The notes beneath the pieces are model-generated. The model saw only the letters and a program-made list of their open reading frames with translations. It did not search any database and was not told where the DNA came from. Source: a virus. Taken from it: a stretch of DNA of 64,000 bases. The stretch lies in the IMG/VR virus record IMGVR_UViG_3300042402_003181. One strand, 5' to 3'. Shown in pieces: positions 40,141 to 48,032 of the stretch; position 1 is the first letter of the stretch; each line of letters opens with the position of its first letter. Made by a program: the position numbers and the translations under genes.

Positions 40141-41215
40141 GTTAGGATTAACAGTGCTAACTGACACCGGCTGGAGCAAGTTTGACGGAATCTTAGTTAA
40201 AGGTGTTAAAAAGATACTTCATGTAACTACACAACGTCATTCACTTAAAAGCACTCCTGATCATAAATATTTTCTTAATGGGTTTAAACCGATAGAAGGT
40301 AGATTATTATTGCCTAAACAAAAAATTTTAGTTAATGGCAAACTTGATAATGTCGTGTCTGTTAAGTGGCTGTTAGATGAAGAACCAGTATACGATCTGT
40401 TTAATGTTGAACAGAATCACAGGTATTATGCAAATAACGTTCTAATCAAAAATTGCGAATTTTTAGTATACGACGAAACTCTTATAAACAGTTTGAAGTT
40501 AGTTGAGCTGTATGGTAAAGAACCTATGATGAAAATGGGGCAAGTGCGATGGTATAAAACACCAACTGCAGGTAATTTATATTTAATTGCATTAGATCCT
40601 AGTTTAGGTACAGGAGGCGACTATTCGGCTATTACTGTTTTTGAATTACCATCAATGGTGCAAGTTGCAGAATGGCATCATAACATTACTCCTATACAAG
40701 GACAGGTAAAGTTATTTAGAGATATATTATTATATGTACAAGACGAAATTGGTGCTGATCAATATAATTCAATATATTGGTCGGTAGAAAATAATACAGT
40801 AGGCGAAAGCGCATTAGTAGTAATTGACAACTTAGGAGAAGAAACATTTCCGGGATTATTTGTGAGCGAGCCGGGCAGAAAAGGGCATGTTCGAAAATTC
40901 CGCAAAGGATTTAATACAACCTTTAATAATAAAATTGCTGCATGTTCAAAATTAAAATTTTTTGTTGAAGAAGATAAGATGGTAATTAATAGCAAACCGT
41001 TAATAACCGAATTAAAATCTTTCATTGCACATGGAATTAGTTTTAAAGGTAAACCGGGACAACACGACGATTTAGTAGCAGCATTATTATTAATAGTAAG
41101 AATGATTGATATACTAGCAGAATGGGATCCTTTAGTATTTGAAAAAATGCGGATTGAAGATCGAATTGAGGACTGGGAAGCACCTCTACCAATATTTGTT
41201 TCCTCTAATATGTGA
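40106..41215 (+). CDS. gp17: 116-aa C-intein fused to terminase large subunit C-terminal (nuclease) part
   Basis: KSTPDH (block B TxxH), EPVYDLFNVEQNHRYYANNVLIKN|CEF (blocks F/G); nuclease motifs ALDPSLGTGGDYSA, VENNTVG, HDDLVAAL. Confidence 0.9.
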   Translation: MDLHAEELIKNKLGLTVLTDTGWSKFDGILVKGVKKILHVTTQRHSLKSTPDHKYFLNGFKPIEGRLLLPKQKILVNGKLDNVVSVKWLLDEEPVYDLFNVEQNHRYYANNVLIKNCEFLVYDETLINSLKLVELYGKEPMMKMGQVRWYKTPTAGNLYLIALDPSLGTGGDYSAITVFELPSMVQVAEWHHNITPIQGQVKLFRDILLYVQDEIGADQYNSIYWSVENNTVGESALVVIDNLGEETFPGLFVSEPGRKGHVRKFRKGFNTTFNNKIAACSKLKFFVEEDKMVINSKPLITELKSFIAHGISFKGKPGQHDDLVAALLLIVRMIDILAEWDPLVFEKMRIEDRIEDWEAPLPIFVSSNM

Positions 41216-41221
41216 TAAATA
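41214..41221 (+). promoter_or_regulatory. Late promoter GATAAATA, 5 nt before ATG 41227
   Basis: GATAAATA-taaac-ATG with no RBS. Confidence 0.65.
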
Positions 41222-41226
41222 TAAAC

Positions 41227-43554
41227 ATGGACAATAATTTAGATAAAATTGCTTTAGACCTTTATGGTAAAATACAAACACGTTTTTCAGACATTACGAT
41301 GGGAGACGAGAACGCAGCAGTACTGAGTAAAAAAGTTGATATTCCAAAAGCACGATTCTTTGAGTTTGAGTATACTGAAGATGACAAACCACTTGGAACT
41401 ATTACTATTACTTTAGATAAAGACGACGGAGTTGTAGTGCAAGTTAGTGGGGATTTAGTAGACAACGATTCTGATACGACCCACCATAACGCATACAAAT
41501 TCATTCGATCATTTAGAAACTTTGCTAAACATCGCTTATTAAACTTTGATGTACAAAACATTGGAAAAAGCAACTTAGACAAACGAGACTACCAGTTTCA
41601 AGCAAAACCCAAGGAACAACAAATGATGGAAAGTAAAATGTTTGGTACTTCTAGAATAAGTTACCAAGACTTAGGCGAGGCTCGTTTAATAGTTAAACAT
41701 ACTCAACCTGTTAATCCAGAGTTAGCTGCAGGCCGTACAATGCATATTGAATGTATATACATTGAAAATGCAGACGGCGAACGATTCAAATATCCATATA
41801 AACACTTACCCGGTGCTCGTGCATTAGCAGAACACATTAAACACGGTGGTATCCCGTATGATGATATTGGTAAACATATTACTAAACTTAGCGAAGAATT
41901 AGCAAGTTTACGTAAGTTTAAAGGATATGTTAGTCGCCAATCACAAATATCAGAAGCAATGGGCGACGTTACAACGCGTGTAATTGAACGCATTGATGCA
42001 GTTAAAAAAGAAATTGTTAGCTTACAACGTCCGGCTTACTATCAACAATTTGCAGAATCATTTACTACAACAGAAGAAAGAGTAATACCGGAAACTGTTA
42101 TGAACGATTGGATTGAACGCCTAACTGTTCGCACATTTAATGAAGAAATGAAAACAGTATTTCCGTTCTTATATAACATTGTAGACGAAAGTGAGTTGCC
42201 AGTTTGTGAATTATCTTCAGATTACTTTATGGATGAAGCTGCACCTAAAGGATGGGAAGGTACTGTTAAAGCAATGAAAAAACACAAGGAAATTGATAAT
42301 CCTTGGGCATTAGCACACTCAATGAAAAACAAAGGCTATAAAAGTCATAAGAAAGAAGAACTTGATCCAGAGCTTGCATTTGAGTCATTTATTAATCATC
42401 TTATGAATGAAGACAAAGATGAATTGTTTAGTCAGTCGTTAACATCTAAGCATGCTGCAATTGAAAAGTTGAATGATCTACTAGCACAACCGTTGCTTAA
42501 CGGTGCGTATGGAGAAGGTGCAGCCGAAGAATTAGAAGGGTTAATTAATGATCCTGCTTTTTTTGATTCTCTCAAAACAGTTGACGCAGATTTAGATATA
42601 CGTGCAATACTTCAAAATTATATTACGCAACGAGATCCAGACGTAGCAATTCAATTAAAAATTGGTCCTGATGCAGACAGCACCCCTGCGGTACCGACTG
42701 AACCTAGTGCTCCAATGCCGGATGCAGGTGCTCCGATGCCAGATGCAGGTGCTCCAATGCCGGATGCAGGTGGCGGGTTAGGTGGCGGGTTAGGTGGTAT
42801 GCCTCCAGACTTAGGTGGCGGTATGCCTCCAGAAGGTGAATTAGGCGCAGAAGGTGAAGTGCCTCCAGCAGCACCGGGTGAAGAAGGTGAAGTACCTCCA
42901 GCAGCACCGGGTGAAGAACCACCAGCAGCACCGGTTGCAGAAGGAATTAATCCTAAAAAATCTAAAATGAAAGCTAAGTTTATTAAAGCTAAAGCTGCGG
43001 GTGCTAACTTAGATACTCCAATTGCAGAAGGTATGACAATCCGTGATCTTATTAGAGAAAGTGGAATGACACCTAGTGAAGCGGGATTTGGCGAGTATGA
43101 AGTAGAAGATAATGATCAAGAAGGTGGTGAACCGGAAGAAGAAAACATTTCAGGTGTTAATCAAATTTTAAGATCAATTATAGGATTTTGGAATGCAGAA
43201 GACCGTAACTTTACAGTTGGCGGAACACGCGTTAAAATTATTATTAAGAAAAACTATGAAGATGACGAATACAGCAATGCATCAGACGACGATGTAAAAT
43301 ATGTAATGCAAAAAGTTAATAAATTAGATCCAAGTTCAGACGATCAAGAACAGACTGATGTATTAAGACTAGCCGGATTAGGCAACCAAGAACCTGAAGA
43401 TGATGACGGTCAAGACATTGCAATGTTGATGAAAGAGCTACAGGGATTTGGTGGCAGACGTAAATTTGATAGCATTGATAAACATAAAATGCACAAAACA
43501 ATGAGAAATAATTATGAAAAAAACTTTAGAAACCGCTCTTCTAAATTCCGTTAA
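41227..43554 (+). CDS. Large acidic hypothetical protein with Pro/Gly/Ala-rich linker, probable head/core protein
   Basis: ORF track (start moved to 41227); low-complexity repeats; contains PKGWEGTVKAMKKH..IDNPWALA motif. Confidence 0.7.
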   Translation: MDNNLDKIALDLYGKIQTRFSDITMGDENAAVLSKKVDIPKARFFEFEYTEDDKPLGTITITLDKDDGVVVQVSGDLVDNDSDTTHHNAYKFIRSFRNFAKHRLLNFDVQNIGKSNLDKRDYQFQAKPKEQQMMESKMFGTSRISYQDLGEARLIVKHTQPVNPELAAGRTMHIECIYIENADGERFKYPYKHLPGARALAEHIKHGGIPYDDIGKHITKLSEELASLRKFKGYVSRQSQISEAMGDVTTRVIERIDAVKKEIVSLQRPAYYQQFAESFTTTEERVIPETVMNDWIERLTVRTFNEEMKTVFPFLYNIVDESELPVCELSSDYFMDEAAPKGWEGTVKAMKKHKEIDNPWALAHSMKNKGYKSHKKEELDPELAFESFINHLMNEDKDELFSQSLTSKHAAIEKLNDLLAQPLLNGAYGEGAAEELEGLINDPAFFDSLKTVDADLDIRAILQNYITQRDPDVAIQLKIGPDADSTPAVPTEPSAPMPDAGAPMPDAGAPMPDAGGGLGGGLGGMPPDLGGGMPPEGELGAEGEVPPAAPGEEGEVPPAAPGEEPPAAPVAEGINPKKSKMKAKFIKAKAAGANLDTPIAEGMTIRDLIRESGMTPSEAGFGEYEVEDNDQEGGEPEEENISGVNQILRSIIGFWNAEDRNFTVGGTRVKIIIKKNYEDDEYSNASDDDVKYVMQKVNKLDPSSDDQEQTDVLRLAGLGNQEPEDDDGQDIAMLMKELQGFGGRRKFDSIDKHKMHKTMRNNYEKNFRNRSSKFR
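42709..42930 (+). repeat. Intragenic tandem repeats: 3x21 nt (APMPDAG), 2x12 nt (GGLG), about 2.5x33 nt (EGEVPPAAPGE)
   Basis: gctccaatgccggatgcaggt x3 at 42709-42771; ggcgggttaggt x2; gaaggtgaagt.cctccagcagcaccgggtgaa x2 plus partial. Confidence 0.9.
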
Positions 43555-44119
43555 GTCGTTATTAGAATCGATACACATACATGAAGGTGAACGCGTAGGG
43601 TCACAGGCTGAATTGAAACAGTTATTCGGTCGATCTCAAAATCAACCAGCTAACGGTGTAGCTCCAAATGGACGAGCAGCTACACCTGCTGATATAGACA
43701 CAATACGTCGAGCGTTTGGTAATGCTCCGCCTGCAACATCGCAACCAGCACCACAGCAATTAGATGAACCAGAAAGTCTAGACGATACTGCAAAGCAACG
43801 TGCATTCGAACGTCCATTTATGCCTCCTAATCCTAAAGGTGAAAGACCTTTCCAACCAAGTAAAGAAGATGCATTCTACGACCCGTATTACAGCCCTGAA
43901 ACATTCAATGGAGACTTTACTAACAATCCACAAGATTCTGATCGTACATCACAGTTTAGACGTAAATTTAATGGAGAACCGGCATATCCGAGACAGTTCT
44001 TTCAAACACCGCATGGACCACGTAGCACTGTTCTTAAGCCGACTGATAGCGTAGCAGAGGATGTTACATTTAAACAAGAAGAAAGTTTAGCTAGAATCAT
44101 TCAGCTAGCACGAGGATAA
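43514..44119 (+). CDS. Hypothetical Pro-rich protein with C-terminal ESLARIIQL motif
   Basis: ORF track; shares C-terminal motif with the next gene. Confidence 0.65.
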   Translation: MKKTLETALLNSVKSLLESIHIHEGERVGSQAELKQLFGRSQNQPANGVAPNGRAATPADIDTIRRAFGNAPPATSQPAPQQLDEPESLDDTAKQRAFERPFMPPNPKGERPFQPSKEDAFYDPYYSPETFNGDFTNNPQDSDRTSQFRRKFNGEPAYPRQFFQTPHGPRSTVLKPTDSVAEDVTFKQEESLARIIQLARG

Positions 44120-44122
44120 CAG

Positions 44123-44968
44123 ATGAAAAAGATTACAGAAAACTCGCTCTTATCAAGGGTTAATAAATTAAACGAATCATTAGCGTTGTATGAACTTGCA
44201 CGTACAGACGCAAATGGAAACGAATACAAAAGTAGAGAAGATGACATTAGAGGTAGAGAAAATGACCTTAGAGGTAGAGAAAACGAGTTTAAATCCAAAT
44301 GGCCGCAAACTGATGCAGAAGTTAGCGCATTCCAGACAAGCCATAAACAACTTGACGGACAGCCATTAGTTGTCGACGGTGACATTGGACCGCAAACTAT
44401 GCAGGCACTGGCTGCTGCAGGAATTCAACCCCCGCCTGGTTGGACTGGTTTAAAACCAGCTGCGCCAAAAGTTACTCCGCCAACTGGAAATACTGCTCCA
44501 AAAGTTACTCCGCCAACTGGAAATACTGCTCCAAAAGTAACTCCGCCGACAATGCAGCGTCAACAATCAGATCCTAAAGTAGTTGCTATTCAGCAAGCGT
44601 TAATGGCAAAAGGTTGGCCGTTGCAACCGACTGGAATTATGGATCAAAATACTAGTGATGCATATGAAGCACAATTTAAAACCGATTCAATGAATAATTC
44701 GTTAAATCAATCGGTTGCTACTAATAGACAAACTGAACCGGCACCTAATTTAAATAACCCAACTGCACAGCCATTTAACAACGTATTGTCACCTACTACG
44801 ACTGCACAGGCATATGACAAGGTGTTACCAACTTCACCGGATGCATATGCTCCAAAAACAGATTACTTAAATAATCCACCTGCTTCATTAACAACACCTG
44901 TAAAAGAATCTGTTACATTTGGTGAAGACGAAAGTTTAGCTAGAATAGTACAATTAGTGAATTGGTAA
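44123..44968 (+). CDS. Protein with two peptidoglycan-binding (PG_binding_1-like) domains
   Basis: VSAFQ......L.VDGDIGPQTM.AL and VVAIQQALMAKGW.L..TGIMDQNT motifs separated by a repeat linker. Confidence 0.72.
   Translation: MKKITENSLLSRVNKLNESLALYELARTDANGNEYKSREDDIRGRENDLRGRENEFKSKWPQTDAEVSAFQTSHKQLDGQPLVVDGDIGPQTMQALAAAGIQPPPGWTGLKPAAPKVTPPTGNTAPKVTPPTGNTAPKVTPPTMQRQQSDPKVVAIQQALMAKGWPLQPTGIMDQNTSDAYEAQFKTDSMNNSLNQSVATNRQTEPAPNLNNPTAQPFNNVLSPTTTAQAYDKVLPTSPDAYAPKTDYLNNPPASLTTPVKESVTFGEDESLARIVQLVNW
44462..44551 (+). repeat. 33-nt tandem repeat (APKVTPPTGNT) about 2.7 copies
   Basis: gc.ccaaaagttactccgccaactggaaatact repeated; also a 21-nt duplication (gac.ttagaggtagagaaaa.) near 44243-44284. 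Confidence 0.9.
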
Positions 44969-44980
44969 AATAAATTGAAA

Positions 44981-45025
44981 AAGTGAAAGATTTCACTTGC
45001 TCATATAAATAATAGAGTATATAAT
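44981..45025 (+). promoter_or_regulatory. Composite promoter for gp32: palindrome, sigma70 promoter and late promoter
   Basis: aagtgaaa-ga-tttcactt (44981-44998); TTGCTC-17-TATAAT (44997-45025); TATAAATA (45004-45011). Confidence 0.7.
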
Positions 45026-45108
45026 ATGCACATACTTTAAAAGTAAGGTATTATATATTAAAGTATAAAACATAAAAAAATATTAGTAATAAAACACATA
45101 GGCTATAT

Positions 45109-45134
45109 AACACACAGGGTAAAACCTGTGTGTT
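45109..45134 (+). promoter_or_regulatory. Hairpin in the gp32 5' leader
   Basis: aacacacagg-gtaaaa-cctgtgtgtt, perfect 10-bp stem, 28 nt before ATG 45163. Confidence 0.65.
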
Positions 45135-45162
45135 AACTCAAAACACAATAGGAAATTATAAT

Positions 45163-46158
45163 ATGGCAACTTTAGCAGAAATCAGAGCAAAATTAAAAGC
45201 GGCAGAAACACGTAGCACAGATAGCAACACAGGCGGTGATAAATCAATTTATCCTTTCTGGACTATTAAAAATGGCGGTGAAGCAGTTTTTAGATTCTTA
45301 CCAGACGGCAACCCAAACAATACTTTTTTCTGGGCTGAACGTTCTGTAATCAAATTACCTTTCGCAGGTATCAAAGGTCGTACCGATAGCAAACCAGTAG
45401 TAGTAAATGTTCCATGCGTTGAAATGTACAACGACGGTGCAGTATGTCCAATTCTTTCAGAAGTTCGTCCTTGGTTTAAAGATCCTTCATTAGAAGAAAT
45501 GGGCCGTAAATACTGGAAAAAGAAGTCATATATCTTCCACGGCTTTGTTCCTGAAGATGGCTTAGACGAAAAAGAAAAACCAGAAAATCCAATCCGCAGA
45601 TTTGTTATTGGACCACAAATTTATAAATTAATTCATGCAGCATTACTTGATGACGAGTTTACAGAATTACCTACAGACTACGTTAACGGCTTTGACTTCC
45701 GTTTAAAAGTTGGTTCTAAAGGTGGTTATGCAGATTACTCTACATCAACATGGAGCAGACGCACACGTCCATTGAGTGAAGAAGAACGTGCAGCAATTGA
45801 TAAATTTGGTTTAACTGACTTATCAGAATACTTACCTAAAAAACCAAATGAAGTTGAACTCAAAGTTATGATGGAAATGTTTGAAGCATCAGTAAATGGT
45901 GAAGCATATGATGTCGAACGTTGGGGCAAATACTTTAGACCGTATGGTATTTCAGCAGACGAATCTACATCATCTGCAACTCCTACTGCTACAGTAGCTC
46001 CAGTTGTTGCACCCGTAGTACATGCACCCGAAGAAGCTATGCCTTGGGATGAACCTGCTACTACCTATACTCCACAGCCTGCAGTAGCTGAATCAGCACC
46101 TGCAAGTGATTCAAGAGCAGCTGATATCTTAGCAAAAATTAGAAATCGCGGCGCTTAA
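45163..46158 (+). CDS. gp32: Single-stranded DNA-binding protein, T4 gp32-like
   Basis: MATLAEIRAKL, AVFRFLPDG, CVEMY....CPI, YWKKKSYI, GFDFRLK...KGGYADYSTS; acidic C-tail; AGGA RBS. Confidence 0.88.
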   Translation: MATLAEIRAKLKAAETRSTDSNTGGDKSIYPFWTIKNGGEAVFRFLPDGNPNNTFFWAERSVIKLPFAGIKGRTDSKPVVVNVPCVEMYNDGAVCPILSEVRPWFKDPSLEEMGRKYWKKKSYIFHGFVPEDGLDEKEKPENPIRRFVIGPQIYKLIHAALLDDEFTELPTDYVNGFDFRLKVGSKGGYADYSTSTWSRRTRPLSEEERAAIDKFGLTDLSEYLPKKPNEVELKVMMEMFEASVNGEAYDVERWGKYFRPYGISADESTSSATPTATVAPVVAPVVHAPEEAMPWDEPATTYTPQPAVAESAPASDSRAADILAKIRNRGA

Positions 46159-46170
46159 CACAACAGTGAT

Positions 46171-46198
46171 TAACGTAGCAAGGGGTCTTGCTACGTTA
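46171..46198 (+). other. Perfect 12-bp hairpin between gp32 and uvsX (no U-tract)
   Basis: taacgtagcaag-gggt-cttgctacgtta. Confidence 0.7.
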
Positions 46199-46217
46199 CA
46201 TTATTAGGAGTATAACC

Positions 46218-47306
46218 ATGGCAACAAAACCCTTTGATTTAACAAAATTTCGAAAAACTCTAACAAAAAGTATTGACGGCTTAGGCGTAGGCTTTAATGA
46301 TCCTACTGATTGGGTTGGTACCGGCAATTATGCACTTAACTACCTTATTAGTTCAGACTTCCATAAAGGCATTCCACTAGGTAAAGTAACTGTGTTTGCA
46401 GGCGAGTCAGGTGCAGGCAAAAGTTATATTTGTTCAGGTAACATTGTTAAAAATGCACAAGAACAAGGAATATACGTAGTACTAATTGATTCAGAAAACG
46501 CACTTGACGAATCATGGCTACACGCATTAGGTGTAGATACTACTGAAGAAAAACTTCTTAAACTTAATATGGCTATGATTGACGATGTAGCTAAAACTAT
46601 TAGTGAGTTTATGAAAGAATACAAAGCAATGGAAGACAAACCAAAAGTATTATTTGTAGTAGATTCTTTAGGTATGTTACTAACTCCGACTGATATTAAT
46701 CAATTTGAAGCAGGTGATTTAAAAGGTGATATGGGTCGTAAACCTAAAGCACTTACTGCACTTGTTCGTAATTGTGTTAATATGTTTGGTAGTCACAACG
46801 TTGGATTAGTATGTACTAATCATACGTATGCAAGTCAAGATATGTTTGATCCTGATGATAAAATATCAGGTGGTCAAGGATTTGTTTATGCATCAAGCAT
46901 TGTAGTAGCAATGAAAAAACTTAAACTAAAAGAAGACGAAGACGGTAACAAAGTTAGTGAAGTAAATGGTATTCGTGCCTCTTGTAAGATTATGAAAACA
47001 CGTTATGCTAAACCATTTGAAACACTACAAATTAAAATTCCATATACAACCGGTATGAATCCATTTAGCGGATTAGTTGATTTATTTGAAAAAAAGAACA
47101 TTTTGAAAAAAGATGGTAATAGACTTAAATACGTGGCTACTGACGGTACTGAAATTAAACAATACCGTAAAGAGTGGGAAAGTAATGCTAACGGCGCCCT
47201 TGAACGAGCAATGGCCGAATTTACTGACGAACCTGTATTATTAGATATTATTGATGATGCAGACGATATTGACAATTACGTTACGGAGGACGATAATGTT
47301 GAATGA
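46218..47306 (+). CDS. uvsX: RecA-like recombinase UvsX
   Basis: FAGESGAGKS Walker A, IDSENA, VVDSLGML, CTNHTY, ISGGQG..YASS; AGGAG RBS before ATG 46218. Confidence 0.93.
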   Translation: MATKPFDLTKFRKTLTKSIDGLGVGFNDPTDWVGTGNYALNYLISSDFHKGIPLGKVTVFAGESGAGKSYICSGNIVKNAQEQGIYVVLIDSENALDESWLHALGVDTTEEKLLKLNMAMIDDVAKTISEFMKEYKAMEDKPKVLFVVDSLGMLLTPTDINQFEAGDLKGDMGRKPKALTALVRNCVNMFGSHNVGLVCTNHTYASQDMFDPDDKISGGQGFVYASSIVVAMKKLKLKEDEDGNKVSEVNGIRASCKIMKTRYAKPFETLQIKIPYTTGMNPFSGLVDLFEKKNILKKDGNRLKYVATDGTEIKQYRKEWESNANGALERAMAEFTDEPVLLDIIDDADDIDNYVTEDDNVE

Positions 47307-47529
47307 AACACAAATTGCTGATGTATGGTTATTATTTGCAGATTACATTGATAAGAAACAAGCAGAAATTGCTGCTGAAAGATTTATTGAATTATTAGCA
47401 GACTTTGGATCAACTGATCGCACCTTTTTAGGTGCTACTGGAATTGATCCTACGTTAGACCAAGCAATTAACTATTATTTAGAAGACAATGAAGACGAAG
47501 ATGACGGCTACAATGACTTGGAGTTTTAA
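47296..47529 (+). CDS. Small acidic hypothetical protein (77 aa)
   Basis: GGAGG RBS at 47285-47289 supports ATG 47296. Confidence 0.65.
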   Translation: MLNETQIADVWLLFADYIDKKQAEIAAERFIELLADFGSTDRTFLGATGIDPTLDQAINYYLEDNEDEDDGYNDLEF

Positions 47530-47984
47530 TGAGTTGGTACGGTATAATTACTAGAGACATTACTAGACTACCGGATGGTATTTTGCACTTTGAATCAGAA
47601 TTGACAGATGCCAAAAAAGAATGTAAAATAGCAGGAAACGTAGAAAAGGCATCTGCAGCAATGCCTGGCATTGTAGAACACAGATATGGACAGCTTCAAG
47701 AAATTGAAGCTATCCTAGAGTTCCTTAATATTGAACTTAAACGATTAAAGAGTTATCACTTTAGAAAGTATTTAGAAACATACGCAAGGGCATTAAGCAG
47801 TCGTGATTGTGAAAAATATGTAGAAGGCGAAGATGAAGTAATCGAGTATGAAAAAATTATAAATGAATTTGCGTTAATAAGAAATCAATGGTTGGGTATT
47901 ACAAAAGCCTTAGATCAAAAATCGTATGCATTAAGTAATATTATACGATTAAGATGTGCAGGCATGGAAGACGCAACCCTTTAA
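47529..47984 (+). CDS. uvsY: Recombination mediator UvsY-like
   Basis: FRKYLETYARALSSRDCEKYVEGE.EV...I....W..I.K.LD.K...LSNI pattern; position after uvsX. Confidence 0.78.
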   Translation: MSWYGIITRDITRLPDGILHFESELTDAKKECKIAGNVEKASAAMPGIVEHRYGQLQEIEAILEFLNIELKRLKSYHFRKYLETYARALSSRDCEKYVEGEDEVIEYEKIINEFALIRNQWLGITKALDQKSYALSNIIRLRCAGMEDATL

Positions 47985-47991
47985 ACTAACA

Positions 47992-48012
47992 TGACGGGCT
48001 TAGTGCCCGTCA
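47992..48012 (+). terminator. Hairpin after uvsY (weak terminator or processing site)
   Basis: tgacgggc-ttagt-gcccgtca followed by ctacttt. Confidence 0.5.
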
Positions 48013-48032
48013 CTACTTTAGGTGTATAACAC

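Noticed and set aside
39239-40453. terL as a frameshifted pseudogene or sequencing error
   Set aside because: Both halves have intact catalytic motifs and precise intein boundaries that restore the conserved junction.
42709-44551. CRISPR-like arrays
   Set aside because: Repeats are in-frame tandem coding repeats (21, 12, 33 nt) with no unique spacers.
44969-45162. tRNA or other structured ncRNA gene in the long intergenic region
   Set aside because: Region is very AT-rich with only one short hairpin and promoter elements; no cloverleaf or conserved tRNA boxes.
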